NCBI GenBank assembly: GCA_001949185.1
Contig: BDGG01000004.1
Span: forward strand, 2,670,912 to 2,734,911
DNA from: Ramazzottius varieornatus
Taxonomy: Eukaryota > Animalia > Tardigrada
Length of the DNA stretch: 64,000 nucleotides
Direction: 5' to 3'
Below, piece after piece: positions 31,458 to 45,418 of this stretch. Position numbers and translations under genes: made by a program. The notes beneath the pieces were generated by a model that saw only the letters and a list, made by a program, of their open reading frames with translations, had not been told where the DNA came from and did not search any database. Numbering within the stretch: the stretch's first letter is position 1; each line of letters opens with the position of its first letter.

Positions 31458-34400
31458 ATGGAGGACATTGATATTACTGGACTGTATACCGACTCGTTGG
31501 AAGGAGTTGTGCACGATCTTGACATTCACCAAGCACGGAGAATGAGTCGGACGCTGCAGGACTCTGGTCGCTCTGGGACCTACCTAAAGCATGATAGTGG
31601 GTTCTTGACCAACTCGTCCGATTTACTGGTGAGTGGAAAGTTTTGTTCAAGAATTCAGTACGATTATGTGGGAACTGATGGATTGATGAAAGAGCCGCTT
31701 TTTTAGAGTCGGGACGAGTCGCCCACTCGGGAAAGCATGTTACGAAAAGCTCGGAGTCGCTCGCCTGCCATGGGGAAATACGTCATCGACCGCTACAAAA
31801 ATCCGGCTGTAGAGACTATCCGTAACCATCAGATTATCTCTACTTTCGAGGATTTGGAACTGGAAAAGCTTTTGCTCAAGGACGAAAACGCGGATATGAA
31901 AGACAAGGTTGGTTCGTACGACCAAGCTTCTGACATGATTTCCGAGCTGTCTTTGCGTGCTCTTTTTGTTGAATAAATTTACCACATTATCCGAAACCGG
32001 ATGAAGTTCACTGAATACAATAGATTGTTCGTGCGGGAAATAGTCGAAATTATTTCGCAAAATTTCTTTTTGACAGGTTCTCCAAATGCAGGGCCACCTG
32101 CGCTTGTTGGAAACAGCTCGAATTCGTGACGCGGAAAGGTTCGACCTTCAAGAGCGGGAAGTTAATGCGCTGCGCCTCCAATTGAAAACTGAAAAAGAGA
32201 CTCGACAGTCAGGCAATGTACTCGTTGAGGAACTCCAGTCGGACCTCACCAGGAAGACCGACCTTTTAAATCTTGCCAATGAAGAACTCATCGAAACGAG
32301 GGAACGACTTCGACTGCTGGACAGACAGGTATGTTTCCATTTCGACTGTTGCTTTTTTGGGGTTTCATGTTGCAACAACAGTCTACTTTTTGATCTGAAA
32401 TACATGATGCCTAACGTTCACTGCAGCTTCAGGAAGAAGCCAACTCCAGGTCGCACGCCGAACGGAATGTCAGAGAACACAAAGACGTAAGAATTTACTT
32501 AGTCATTCTCACAAATGCAGAGGTTTCGGCCTGCACTTAATATTTTTTATAGAGAGTCGAAGACTTGTCAAGCGAACTGGACATGGAGAAGAAAGTAAAC
32601 AGAAGTTCGATGGAAGCAATACGCGAGCTTAAAGAGGAATTGTCAGAACTACGAGACGAGGTAAGCTGAAAAAGTCCGGATGTTTTGATTGACTTGATTC
32701 ACATCCTCCTTGGTTCCGCGTTTTTGTCCATCAATAACGCCAACGCTCATCATTCAGATGAATACCGTAACCGATGGTATCAAAGAGGTTTCCCGTGCAT
32801 TCGATTCTCCCATCGGTAGCCCAGTCAGTGTCGACCTACGGCTGCGCAATGAGGACCTTCAGCACAAACTTAGACGCCTGGTCGACCTGAGGAACGAATT
32901 GTGCGACAAGGTTGTGGCTAGCGAACGAGAAGTTAGAAATCGTACCGCCCAGTTCGAGGATTTCGACGACGAGATACATCAATTGTCTCGGGTACTTCGA
33001 TCCGAGACAAAGGTACGTTTATACCTTTCCCAAGACGAATCTCTGTTGTTGCCATTGTGTATCTCGAAGGACGAACTGGTGCCGAATAGCCTCCTAAGCG
33101 ACGCAATTTTTCGAGAGCAACGGTCCGTCCTGGCCAATGCAAAAATGTCAGCCGGCATGGAACCACTTCAGGCAGCCATAGTTGCGTTTCTCGATTTTGA
33201 GATGAAGAAACGGAAAGTTCTCCGAGACTCGGTGGACAAAATCTTGAAGAAATTCAACTGGAAAGAAACCGGACTGAACGACTCGCGTAAGTTCCAGCCA
33301 ACCAGGAAGTACTGGTTGCGCAATATTCCCAGAGCTAATCAACTAATCGAAATGACTTACAGAGTTGATGCAGCTGTTGCAGTCCATATTGTCGTCATGG
33401 TCCAGCTTTCGCGAACATCATCGCCAAATATTTACCAGACTGAAAGCAACAAAGCAATCGATCGCCGCTGCATCTCAGAATGCGTCTCAAGGGGCAATCG
33501 CAGTTCGTGGCGCCCTGATGGGTTACAAGAACGCAGTCTTGACGGCATCCCGCCATAAACTGGACGAAGAGTTCTTCAAGTTCCTCGATAACACCAGGAT
33601 CCAGCATGACGCAATCAAACGGGTAATGAAGGCCGCACACCAAAAACACCTTATTGCGGAAATCCAGAAGGCAAAAGTCGAGCAAGAAGAATTCAATAAA
33701 GAAGCTGTCGGCAGCGAACGCAAACGGGCGGAGCAACTCAACGCGACCATCGACGAGCTGACCGCGGTAATTTAGCGCAGTGTTCGATCATTGTGGTGAA
33801 GTGGGCAACAGTTTTACTAGACTATGTAAAATTGTTAGAACTTACGCGAAAAGCAAAGCGAGGTGGAAAAGCTCCAGGATGAAACGAAAAGTGCGGAAAG
33901 TAAGCTCTTCAGGACGATGGAAGAAGCTCGGAGAGTACAGGTAAAGTTCACCTAACCGGAAGAGAATCGCGATGTACGTCATGTGATATAAAACTTTTAC
34001 AGCACGGTCACCAGTCGGCACTGGATTCACTGGCCCAAAGCCACAACACTGTTCAGCAAGCACTCCAGAAAAAGCTGGAAGACCTTCAGTTGCAGTTGGG
34101 TTCGGGCTCAGAACGCTTGCAAAGGGAGATTGACCAGAAAGCCAAAACGATTTCGGCCCTTGAAGAGACCATAGCGGCTAAAGAGCAGAAGATCACGCAG
34201 GTGCAGAAAACCATAAAGGAACACACTAAAAAGCAAGAAGGTAACTGGCGGATCGTCCGACTCATTTGTGAGATATTTGAAAGGTTTTACATCTGGTTAT
34301 TTTCGCAGCTCTGCAGAAGGAACTGGCTGCCGAACGCGATCCGGCGAAAAATCAAAGGCTGCTTCTGGCTATAAAGGCATACGAGTAAATCTTTTTCATA

Positions 34401-35374
34401 GTCTGCAACATTTCAGTTCGAATCTAACTCTGGAAATTTCCTTAGGCGGGAAGTAGGAGAGCTTCGCGCAAAGATTGCCGAAAGGGACACACTAGTGGGT
34501 CATCTGAAGAAAAGGGTGGACGAAGCGCTGAACCGAAGCCAGAAGAAGGTTAATGAGGTCGCCGAAAGGAGCAGAATCGAGATCGGGTCAAAAGAATCGA
34601 AGCTCTTGGTATGGTTTTCACAGCGATCCAATGCATCGTGCAGTCGTTCCAAACTCTAGATGTTTAATAACTATCTTTTCCAGGAAAAAGAAAAAGAAAT
34701 TGAGAAACTGCAAGGTCACCTGATTAAAGTCCACCGGATGATGGCCACCAAGGTCGTTCCCGCGCAGATGCCAACAAAATTAACGTGAGTCATCATAGGG
34801 ATGTTGTCCTTCCGGTACAGTAATTTTTTCAGTCGAAACGACTACAAAAATAAATATTGCGTGAAAAAGAAACTGAGTCAGCCGACAAAGCGCGAACGAA
34901 AATAAATTGTTCAATACCGCACTGGAAATCGGATCCGTCACGAAAAAATCAGTTGCTTTCTGCCGCACTTACAGACCAGCTTCGTTTGGTGGAGAGCTGA
35001 CACAGTCGTCAACGACACGTACCACCGTCGTAAAGAGCGCGAGTAATGGGGCGATCAAGAGTGGCTCCGGCTCCGACACCACCCGACTTCCGCTTATCAT
35101 GCCGCCGGCCCCAGTGACGAACAACTCTTCTAGTAACGGTGCTGATGCAACGACAGCGAACGAGAGTCAGCAAGTTAGTCTCGGTCATAACCACTGGTCC
35201 GATAGACACCGACACTGTTTTCCCGATGACAAAGGTTACAATGAGACGCTATCTTCCCAGGTCTCCAGACGCACGACTGCCCGATCAGAAGTCGGGTCGG
35301 TCGGTGGGAGACCACGATCCCGGACACAATCGACGACAAGAAGCAATAAACCCAAAGCCGAATGGCAAAGCTGA
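31458..35374 (+). CDS. long coiled-coil protein of unknown identity (multi-exon)
   Basis: Chain of GT-AG exons encoding E/K/L/Q-rich heptad segments (e.g. LQEREVNALRLQLKTEKE, LQREIDQKAKTISALEETIAAKEQKI), with a Ser/Thr/Arg-rich disordered C-terminus ending KPKAEWQS*. Family not recognised. Confidence 0.75.
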
Positions 35375-35803
35375 CCATAAGTTGCAGATAATTGATAAAA
35401 TTATTACGTATTCGAAACTTCGTATAGCAGTCTGTTTGCTGTTCTACTCACTGTTTCATGCCCCCGGCTTTTGGCTTGTTAAGATTGGTGTTTGTCAGAG
35501 GATTTTGTCATGATCTCTGACTAAACTACAGTAATACTTATGCCGAGTACTTCGACATACCACACGGGATTAGGCATCAAGTGCACTCTTGAGGACCTTG
35601 GAAACTACTGATACAGTACAGCGATAAGAGAGCTGAAAGCTGTTGTAGAAACATGAAGTAGATGGCTTATCCGTGGGTCGAATGAAGTGTCCAGCGATAT
35701 ACTGTGATACGGCCGCATAGCTCCGCGCTATAAGTCTGGATCCTGATCATCCTACCGATGCATAATCAGCAAAGAACCTCTCCATCCTCCACTCTATTGC
35801 AGA

Positions 35804-36542
35804 ATGCGTTACTGCGGATTCCAAGCTGCTGCCCTAATGCTGTTGCTTCAGCATGCTGGATCAGGTGAGCGAAACTGATAAGGAAGTTGCAAATGAATTT
35901 GTCCAACTCCATGTCGATCACAACAAAGCGTTTGTGACCTTCCCCGCTTCTTGTTAAATTTAGAGCTGGCTGCTTGACTGACCGCATTTTGTCAGGTGTG
36001 GCATTCCGGTGCTTGTGCGAGAATACTTTTGGGTGCGATACCAGGATGATTATTCGGTGTCCGGACACAGTGTACGAAAGAGTTCTCAGTTGTGTCAAGA
36101 TTTCTACGATGACAGGTATGGACGTGTTCAGTCCCCAAACAAAGAGCTAAATTAAAGATCGGATGAGTCCCCCGCTCTGCCTTTAGGCAACTCCATTCGA
36201 GCATGTGGAAAACCGTGGGAAAATCTGGAACTGTGAGTGCGATATCAGATTCTGTTCCCTGCTGTATCACTGACGGCGCCTATCGTTTGACCAATATGCT
36301 TTTCGGGATGGAAAGATGTTCGTTCAACCAAGAGTCAGGTAAGTCAGACTTCAAACGTAGAAGCTATTCTCTTCCGCGCGCTTTGCGGCAGTCGACGACC
36401 GTGTAATGGTATCTTAACCACTGATCTCACTTTAGGACTAACAATTTGTTCATGCACGACTGAGTACTGCAATGGAGGCATTCACAATACCATTTCATGG
36501 ATGTTATTATGTGTGGTACCTTTAAAAATGCTCGTGACATGA
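35804..36542 (+). CDS. small Ly6/uPAR (three-finger, quiver/sleepless-like) GPI-anchored protein, 5 exons
   Basis: Spliced translation MRYCGFQAAALMLLLQHAGSGVAFRCLCENTFGCDTRMIIRCPDTVYERVLSCVKISTMTGNSIRACGKPWENLEL-CSFNQESGLTICSCTTEYCNGGIHNTISWMLLCVVPLKMLVT*. It has a signal peptide, a Cys pattern ending CxCxxxxCN, and a hydrophobic tail. Not in the ORF track because the exons are short. Confidence 0.72.
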
Positions 36543-36753
36543 ACCCCGTCCTCTTTGGCGATGTAAATACTACTAGCGACTTCCGTCAGTCTCGAAACCA
36601 GGCGACAAACCCGCGACCTTCTACACCATAAAGAGACGTCATTACATCTGACATGAGAGCACCTGGGCAGAGAATAGAATATTTCGACATGCTACAAGTA
36701 CGTTTAACTTATCAAGAGTATCACAAATATTTTACTCATACAGATTCAACCAC

Positions 36754-38456
36754 TTAAAGCATGTATTGCTTATACAGCTTTGTCATCTGTTCGAGGAAGA
36801 TGAAGGTCAAAACGGTATGCGGACCTGAAAAGCAGAACCGAAATGAAGTTTCTGGTAAATAGGGTCGATCGTACGAGACAGTCTAAACCTACCAAGTCGC
36901 ATGTAATAAGGCGTGAATCCTTTCCACAAGGAAAACACGCCCTCGTTTTTGACAACTCTTGTTATCACATCAACCATGCCAGTATATTCCGGCTTGCCGT
37001 TGATTACTCTCATGTTCTGAATCCTAAGAAAGAACAGCAACACACTAGGCTGGTGATGTCGGAAAGCATGTCGAGGTCACTCTCGAAACCTCACATCAAG
37101 CACACACCTGGTTTTAGCGATGTCAAGTGGGCATGACATGGCGGTCGTAAGGAACCCGCTAATCATACTAGCCACAAAGTGACAGGGTATTCCATCTTTG
37201 AAATAACCTAAATAAAGAGGTAAGCAAAACTTCGTACGGATGCAAGTCAGTCGCAGAAGCGGAATCAGGGCACCGTAGTTTCCGCTTTATGGGCAAAGGT
37301 ACGGGAAACTGTACGGTACCTGACTCAATCAGCATTTCTTTGGACTGCGAGTAGGAAACCAGCTGTGCCACATTCACGACGATTGCCCTGCCCACAGTAG
37401 GAACATAACCCTACAAGCAGGCAGCACTCTAGCTCTCTCGGTTCTGCTTCATGCAGTAGTCCGTTATTTATTGATATGGTGAACTTACTCTCCAGAGCTT
37501 CAGCACACCCTCTTCACGAGCTATCCTGATTAGTGCGTCAAAAACATGCTTGTAGTTCCGTTTAAGTTCCGGTGGCTGACTAAACATGTAGGTCAAGGCT
37601 AAGTCATTGAAGGTTCCAAATGATTTGCACGAGAAGTCGAGCCTTACCGGCCATCGAGAGTCAAGCGAACCATTGCCAGTTCACAAGGGGTTCCGACAGT
37701 TGCTGCGACGCTCCCAGCCACTATTGCAATGGCTGTCTTGCTTAAAAACCCCGGAGGTTCACCCGTTGGTCTGGAAATAGAACGATAGCCATGAGGTTAT
37801 GTTTCAGATAATTGAGAGAAATATACTTCATCCGCGCACCCGGAGAATCGCTCGAACAGCCATGTATAGACACCAAGTCTTGTGGTGGTGTAAGTAGCCT
37901 GACGCAGCAGTCCTGCTGACAGACTACACGATAAAATATTCTTCCGTCACATACACAAAACTAACGTGTATCTTAGGAGCTTCGAAACAAAGACGTACCC
38001 GGCATAGACTCCAGCAGGTCCCTCCTTCTGAGCAATGGCTCTCAAAGCATGAAAACTCGTCTTATGCTCCCTCGCGGCTCCTCCTTCCCCTAATCGACAA
38101 CAGAACATTAATCTCATATGAATATCATGATACGGTAACAGGAATAAATGTGCATCATACAGTCCGTACCGCTCATTTGCATTCGATTTTTAACCACATC
38201 GAGCGGGTGGACGACCATCGTAGCCATACATCTGCAAAATAGGACGACGAAGTTCTTTTTAAACCCGCTCAAGCAACATAAGATCCTCCCTGAAAGCACC
38301 ATGTACGTACCCCGATAGCCCTCCGAAGGCAAACTTTATGGTATTGGGGAGCTGCTTGTTCTTGGCTGGTACCGCTTGAAGAACTTGGGGTGGTTTCATC
38401 GCGGAAGTCGACAACTTCCGGTCATCTACAGCTCGTTGTAGTTGAGGTGTGCTCAT
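36754..38456 (-). CDS. SLC25A11: mitochondrial 2-oxoglutarate/malate carrier
   Basis: Motifs IKFAFGGLSGCMATMVVHPLDVVKNRMQ, GLSAGLLRQATYTTTRLG, RNYKHVFDALIRIAREEG, RAIVVNVAQLVSYSQSKE, SLWKGFTPYYMRLGPHTVLTFIFLEQM. Confidence 0.95.
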
Positions 38457-38888
38457 CGTGCTGCGTTAACACCTGCCAGAACTAGAGGGATAAGAATCCT
38501 TTGCACTCTTGGACAAGCATTATGCCTGACGTACCTGATAGGTGCGTTATTTCTCTGACTGCAACTTCGTCGAAGAAGTCCCTCTGGTCAGCAACTATTG
38601 ATAACATCCACTCGACGAAGCAGCCTGACTTTGCTCACCGTTCATCCATACGACGACGTATCCGGGGATCGCAAGCACCAACTAGACCCCAAACATCCAG
38701 CCACCGAAGGGACCCGCGATAACACGATCGGATAACCGCAGATTGTTGCTCGCGATGGAACCTGTTATCTTCCCAAAACATCCAAGTTGCCGTTGGGCGG
38801 CGTTCTTCAAAAAGACATTAAGAGAAACTTTAATATAGAGAAAAATTAATATCGATCAGCTGTTCGCTTCTTGCAGCAAACTGAAGTA

Positions 38889-40728
38889 CACCAACGACGG
38901 GATATTATGGGCCAGTAAAAATTACGGACCAGGCCCTTTCGCTACGGCGGCACGGGCAGGTGATTCTTGCTACAAGTAAAAACAGCATCGAAGGCTGGAT
39001 AGATAGATAGATTTATTGAGCCTCGACAATCTAGTCGACGGCTTCCTCGATCGTCAGAGGATAACGAAACATGAAAAAAATAAAACAAATAATGCAGTAC
39101 TAACAGCTTTGGCAAGTGGAAGCGATCAAGACTAACTTCAGAGATTGACACATAGAGATAACAATGCGAGATCAGGCACCAGAAAGGAAGTGGAAAATTC
39201 GCACAACCATAGCAGGGAGAGCTAACTACCAAACAAGGAATGAGGGAACGTTCTTTCCGCCTTCGTCCAGGTTCTCACTCGTCCATTTCCGTGTCCAACT
39301 GGCTCCGTCGTTCCCGGTTTGATGCTCGAGCTGTTCCATGTGTGTGGTTGGGTTTTTGCTGTCCGTCGCGAGGGTCTTCTTCGCCGACTTAGGCTCGCCC
39401 TCCGAACCTAGTTGTACCGACGGGAGGGTGATCCGCCTGGCTCGGCGGATCCAGGTTCTGGTGGCTTTTCGGGGCCACCCTCCTCCGCAGTTCCAGGGGC
39501 AGTATCCCCGTTGTCCGTCACTATCACGTCCACTGCTACGTCCACCGCTCCGTCCAGCGCCATGGCCGCCCCTACGACCACCACCGCGCCCGTCAGAGCG
39601 GCCATAAGCACCGCCACGCCCACCGTAGCCCCGACCTCGGTTTCTGTTTGAGTTACAGTGTTGAGGCGGTTGATTGCCGAGGCGACGGTGATCGAAGGGC
39701 TTGCGCGGTGGGCCGATCGACCCCAAGTTGATCTTCACATCCGGTCGACCCGTACCGACGGGGCTGATGGTTATCGCTGATGCATGGCAGGAGCTGGCCT
39801 GAGGGACGCGAAGGCTGGACGGCTGGATGGCCTGAGCGCTAGGGCTGATGAATGGGTCAGCTGGTTGGGTCGCTGTCATCCCCTGTTGGATCAGCCACTC
39901 ATCGGCCGTGAATCTCGGTTGAGCGAGAGTTCCCAGCAGAGGCGTACCCGCTGAGGGACCGAGGGAAAAGCACAACGGAGGGACCTAGCGGGAAACCCAT
40001 AGGAAATCCCGTGGTCAGTCCTGACATCTGGTAAGGAGCACAGGCTCCAATCATTCCTCCAAACATGCTGAAGGGGAAGTTCATAATCTGAAAATAGCAT
40101 TTGGTTACTTGCTATGTCCAATCATCTGTCCATTTGTTACAAAGCCGTGAGTGCAAAGTGCGCGGAAGCGCTCTTTGAGGCATGCATGCGTGTCATGCGC
40201 TACTGATCACCAGTGAAGGAGTTTGATGGACATGCTTTGGCAAGAACAGGATGACCCAAGACTTTATGGAAGAACTTTGCGAATAGCAGACAAGCAGGCA
40301 CGTGTGCAGCAGTTGGACAGCACACCAGACACGGAACTAAGTCGATACAGCTCGAGAACCCGAGTTCGCAGAGGTCGCCTGTAAGGTCTCGACGAGGACC
40401 GTCAACGTACGTGCTGAATATTAAGCCAAGGAGCTGAAGATATCAGTTTATAACAGTGGATAGATCTCTGTTTTGCAGGAACATCTCTTTTCTTTTCGAG
40501 GAGCGTCGCTGGAAGAAAGTAAATGAACAATCCGCAGTCTCGAAACGCAAGTGTCAAACAGCTGATCGGCTGATAGGCACTGTCCATGACAAATTTCGAC
40601 GGTTGAATTTTACCACGTTACGTCATTTTGTCCGATTTCTGTTTCTGACTTCCATACAAATTGTAAATTTGCCGTCTTTTCCGCCTGGCCTGTGATTTTT
40701 ACTGGCCCATAATACCCCGTCGTTCGTG
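38889..40728. mobile_element. 1.84-kb non-autonomous TIR DNA transposon (TA-flanked, IS630-Tc1-mariner-like ends) carrying cargo
   Basis: About 47-bp imperfect terminal inverted repeats: CACCAACGACGGGATATTATGGGCCAGTAAAAATTAC... versus ...GTGATTTTTACTGGCCCATAATACCCCGTCGTTCGTG. TA on both sides (38887-38888, 40729-40730). No transposase motifs seen inside. Confidence 0.8.
39226..40084 (-). pseudogene. frameshifted low-complexity Gly/Arg/Pro-rich (RGG-containing) ORF carried inside the TIR element
   Basis: Acceptor TTTTCAG just before an ATG (MNFPFSMFGGMIG...). Frame change near a duplicated FPLGPS/FSLGPS motif, then RGRGYGGRGGAYGRSDGRGGGRRGG. Upstream TATAAA (40447-40452) and downstream AATAAA (39012-39017) on the minus strand. 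Confidence 0.45.
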
Positions 40729-41218
40729 TACCAAACATCGTGAATATGGTATGCCGAAAGTAGAAATCAGGCCACTTTAACACGGAGCATCATATGCAAG
40801 CATATTGGTTTCTATTTGGTGATGTTATACGGGTTAGTTAAGCACCTAAAACTAACAGTTTTAATTTTGCTGTAGAGCACACATTAAACTATATCAGTAG
40901 ACGGTTTGAATTTGCGTTGTCGAACCTTTCCTTAATTCGCTTAACTCACCAAAAAAGGGAGCTTTCCAGCAATTCTACGTTGTCCTGTAGGAATCGTACG
41001 TCTTCGGCTCTCGCACACTACTGACACTATTGATCGAGAAGGCTTGACACGCTTCATCAACTGACATCAAGCGGCTTCCGCCGTTCAACATGCGGAATAC
41101 CCAAGGCATCCTAAATCGCATACATATCAGGAGACGATCGAGCGCCCAACAGCACGATCCTGTTCTCAGGAAGATTCCTTGATTTATTCTAATTTTTTTA
41201 CGTTTCATGTTTTACGTA

Positions 41219-41363
41219 CTGTAAATATTCGCTGCGTCCGCGCGGTACGTCATCGTACAAGTGAAGTACAGCCCCAGTCCAGTTTCAGGGACTGCGTAAC
41301 CCCCCACGGGGGTGCATCGTTACGTAAGAGTACGTACTGCGCGGATGCAGCGAAAATTTACAG
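41219..41363. mobile_element. MITE, 145 bp, TA-flanked
   Basis: TIRs CTGTAAATATTCGCTGCGTCCGCGCGGTACGT / ACGTACTGCGCGGATGCAGCGAAAATTTACAG (3 mismatches in 32). TA on both sides. Confidence 0.78.
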
Positions 41364-42346
41364 TACTTCTCTTTTACTAGGTTGCGCACTGGTTGGTGGT
41401 TGACCATTGGTCTTGCTTGGTTAGTTAATGCTGGGTCAGCCAGAAGTAATCAGTAGTTAAACATTAGTCTACTAGGTTCAGTAGTTGACTACTGTTCTGC
41501 CAGTCCCTGGCCTTGCCCACATGGCAAATGTGTCATAGGCACTGGGCGAAATTGTTGAGGGCTGTGTCCAGCACTCAACAATAAGTCTTATGTCCAGCAG
41601 TCAATTTACCCTTGATCTGCTAATCACAAGACTTCTCACGTGAGGTCCTCGACCACTACCCTCAAACCATCTCGCCCACTAAAGTCTCTGGAACCCCGCA
41701 CTGACCACTTTATAGGCTATGTGGTCCCATCGCGTTCGTACAACTGATGACTGTGTGACGTAACGCTATGGCATCAGATGTGAATGTACCCGAAGGATCC
41801 CTTCTTTGATCTTTCCGCTCAGACTTGCCATAGAGTTAGAGTGCTCGGCTTCAAGAATTTAGAATGGCAGAAACGCAGTCTGTCCAGGACTCATTCTAAG
41901 CGCCACGCGGCAGGTCTGTAGGTGGCGCTCTCGCAAAACCGGATTATGTGCCAACATGCCATTATAGCGAAATCACGCATTGGTCGGTACCATCTCGTTA
42001 GGGCGTGGTCAACTGCAGCTGTAAAAGATCGTGATTGCGTTGAAAAGGGTGGACGAGCAAAATCAGCCAGACTCGGAAACTTCCTCAGCTGTTTTCCGTG
42101 CTAGACTTAGTTCCCACTTCCGGTCAGCTTCTCCCCTTCTCGGTCTATCAACGTTCTAGGTAAGATAATCCTCATCCCGATAATCCCTTCATGAATACCA
42201 GTATAGCCATCAGTAACGCTACAGCCTCTAGTGATGCTTTCGGTCCTAATTTGGCTTATTTCGTTCAGCCTCTTCTCCGAGGAGAACGGCGTGAACTTGG
42301 TACAGGAGTTTACAATCATTTCGTAGGTTTTCGAAAGCTTGCAAAG

Positions 42347-44994
<2,648 letters not shown>

Positions 44995-45418
44995 AAAACC
45001 TTCTTAGTGCTGGAGTCAGTTTCCGGCTCTCTGACACGTATAGTTTTATGCTTTTGTGTATTGTTTCTTTTTGTCTGGTGCTGGTTTGAATGTTTCTCAA
45101 CAATCAAAAATCCTATGCTAATTTTTGTGCCCGTATAGTCTAGCTTTGTCTTTGAATTGTGGAGGCCCGGTTATCTTGTAGTACATTATCCTACTCTTGA
45201 CTTCACAGTCTCGGGATCTTTGCTCGTAGTACGCAGCGTCGTTCTTGTGCTAAACTATGCTGATAGCAAAATGAAGTATTGTTTATTGGGCAACTATTGG
45301 GCTGAATCCCGAACCTGAGAGTTGCCGGCACCTTTCTTATTACAATGTTAGAAAAGTATCGTCAGGCCTGCTACGTCACGCACGGCAGCGTAAAGTACTC
45401 TCGCGTTTTTGTCTCTCA

